Assembly: GCA_036555615.1 (NCBI GenBank)
Contig: DATBKZ010000048.1
Coordinates: 2,526 to 66,525, forward strand
Direction of reading: 5' to 3'
Source: Burkholderiales bacterium
GTDB lineage: Bacteria > Pseudomonadota > Gammaproteobacteria > Burkholderiales > SG8-41
Length of the DNA: 64,000 bases
A program made the position numbers and the translations under genes. Below the pieces are notes generated by a model. That model saw nothing but the letters and a program-made list of their open reading frames with translations. It was not told where the DNA came from and searched no databases. Positions 62,447 through 64,000 of the stretch are shown here, piece by piece. The stretch's first letter is position 1. Every line of letters begins with the position of its first letter.

Positions 62447-64000
62447 TTACTTGACGAGCTTTATGAGCTCGAAATGCGACGTGCGACCGGCCGCCGGACC
62501 CGGGTAAACCATTTCAGCGACGACCTTGGGGTTGGCGAAGACCTCGTTCCTGAACCAGAAGAGCGGGATGTCGGCGTACTCCGCCTGGATGTGGTCGCCG
62601 ATTGCCCGCATTAGCGTGTCACGCTCCTTGGCGTCATTCGACTTCAGCACCTTGCCGTAAGTCTGCTCGATGAAGTCGTCCTCGTAGTGGTGATTGTTGC
62701 CCTTGCTGAAGTAGAAGTTGCGAACGCCGTTGTCGGCAGGCCGCCAGCCGATGATGTTGGGCCACATGATGTTCTTGCTCTGGTACTTGCGATACGCGTT
62801 GCGGATCTTGGCCCAGTCGTGCGTCTGGACCTCGGCCTGGACCCCGACCCGCTTGAAGTAGATGGCGATCGCGTCGCCGATCGCCGGGCCTTCCGATTCG
62901 CCCGGTTCGGTGAACACCCAGATCTGGAACTTGAGGGGGTTTCCGGGACCGTAACCCGCCTCCTTCAGCAGCTGCTTCGCCTTCTCGGGGTTGTAGGCGT
63001 AGAGCTCCTTGAATTTGCTTTCCCACTTGGGATTCCAGCCCTCGGAAGTGGGTATCCACAGCGAAAGATACGCGAGCTCCGCCCGGCCGGCGAACACCGT
63101 TCTCAACGTCTCCTCGCGGTCGATCGCGATGTTGAGGGCCTGGCGCACCTTCTTGTTGACCAATGGGGCCTTCGGATCGAAATGCTTGTGGCCCTTGATG
63201 TGCCAATTGCCGCCGAGGTACACCGAAACCCAGTCCACCGCCAGCGAGGACGAGAAACGCTTCAGACCCTTGGCGAGCGCGTCCTTGTGCAGATCGCGCG
63301 GCAGGTCGCCGATGTGGACATCGCCCGAGAGCAGCAGGGCGAGACGCGTGGCTTCCTCGCGGGCGATACGGAACTCCAGCTCCTCGAACTCAACCTTCCT
63401 TCCGGACCAGTGTTTGTCGTTCCGCTTGAACAAGATATTGAGCCCCGTTTGCCGCCCACCGTACATGAAGGGGCCGGTTCCGGCGGGGCGCTTATCGAGG
63501 CCTCCGATGCCCTCCTTGTCCCACTGTGCCTTGCTCGTGATGCGCAGGTCGCCGGAACGCTGGACGCCGAACATCATCACCGGGGGCATGATCGGATTCT
63601 TGAAGCGAAACACCACCGTGTACTTGTCAGGAGTCTCCATTTTGTCGACCGTGACCCAGACCGGTCGGAGCGTCGCCGTCGAATCCTTGCGGATCAGCAG
63701 CGAGTGGGAATGCACGACGTCGGCCGAGGTCATCTCCCCGTAGCCGTAGTGAAACTGGACGCCCTTGCGCAGATGGAACGTCCAGTCCTTGAAGTCGGTG
63801 CTGTGCTCCCACTTCGTCGCCAGCTGCGGGATGGGTTCTCCCGTCTTCGGGTCCATTCCGACCAGCGTCTCCCAGAACGGCTCGAACTGCAGATGGTCGG
63901 GACGGGCGATGGTCCAGAATCGGTTGCTCTCGTGGAACCCGGCAGATGCAAAAATTAGGCGCTTGACTTGCGCGGCATCGACCGACCCGGGGGCCACGGC
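62447..64000 (-). CDS. ABC transporter substrate-binding protein, family 5 (peptide/nickel), 5'-truncated by window edge
   Basis: 516 codons are open to the window end with no signal peptide, so the true start is beyond 64000. Typical family-5 length and Trp/Lys-rich pattern. Confidence 0.85.
   Translation of the reverse strand, partial: AVAPGSVDAAQVKRLIFASAGFHESNRFWTIARPDHLQFEPFWETLVGMDPKTGEPIPQLATKWEHSTDFKDWTFHLRKGVQFHYGYGEMTSADVVHSHSLLIRKDSTATLRPVWVTVDKMETPDKYTVVFRFKNPIMPPVMMFGVQRSGDLRITSKAQWDKEGIGGLDKRPAGTGPFMYGGRQTGLNILFKRNDKHWSGRKVEFEELEFRIAREEATRLALLLSGDVHIGDLPRDLHKDALAKGLKRFSSSLAVDWVSVYLGGNWHIKGHKHFDPKAPLVNKKVRQALNIAIDREETLRTVFAGRAELAYLSLWIPTSEGWNPKWESKFKELYAYNPEKAKQLLKEAGYGPGNPLKFQIWVFTEPGESEGPAIGDAIAIYFKRVGVQAEVQTHDWAKIRNAYRKYQSKNIMWPNIIGWRPADNGVRNFYFSKGNNHHYEDDFIEQTYGKVLKSNDAKERDTLMRAIGDHIQAEYADIPLFWFRNEVFANPKVVAEMVYPGPAAGRTSHFELIKLVK

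Overview
High-GC bacterial chromosomal segment (roughly two-thirds G+C by eye, not computed). It is densely coding, with about 58 CDS called. I recognised no rRNA, tRNA, CRISPR array, transposase, integrase or phage gene. The long antisense ORFs in the six-frame track are GC-driven shadow ORFs. Gene content, left to right: (1) A molybdo-hydroxylase island: Tat-exported IorAB-type 2Fe-2S and Moco subunits, with divergent mocA-like, MFS, coxD-like MoxR ATPase and coxE-like VWA genes. (2) hyi, a TAXI-TRAP transporter, glxR and glcDEF (glycolate/glyoxylate). (3) A solitary DNA methyltransferase behind an AT-rich, GTAC-dense patch. (4) A minus-strand block with a TPP enzyme, two SMP-30 lactonases, PEBP and Prx5. 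(5) An acyl-CoA cluster: DUF35, SCPx-type thiolase, MaoC hydratase, SDR, crotonase, GST, alpha/beta hydrolase, ADP-forming acyl-CoA synthetase and a Bug receptor. (6) NnrU, GNAT, Tat-signal MsrB, MetE-like, GlcG-like, hydrolase and CBS genes. (7) An FAD monooxygenase, then a cupin, a membrane protein, an LCAT-like lipase and DUF2339. (8) Aldehyde dehydrogenase, TauD and a Bug receptor. (9) The most interesting block, 49228-60100. Seven translationally coupled genes join three uncharacterised envelope proteins to a MoxR, DUF58, BatA/VWA and double-VWA (Bat-like) module. No member has a defined biochemical function. (10) A partial peptide-type ABC transporter. Non-coding structure includes a perfect (CCCTCAT)x7 heptamer array that fits the G-quadruplex motif on the coxD-like sense strand, with a decayed in-frame copy inside glcF. 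There are also two families of REP-like hairpins, an AT-rich 24-nt inverted-repeat element, and several intrinsic terminators. All functional calls rest on motifs read by eye and remembered family signatures. No database search was run.
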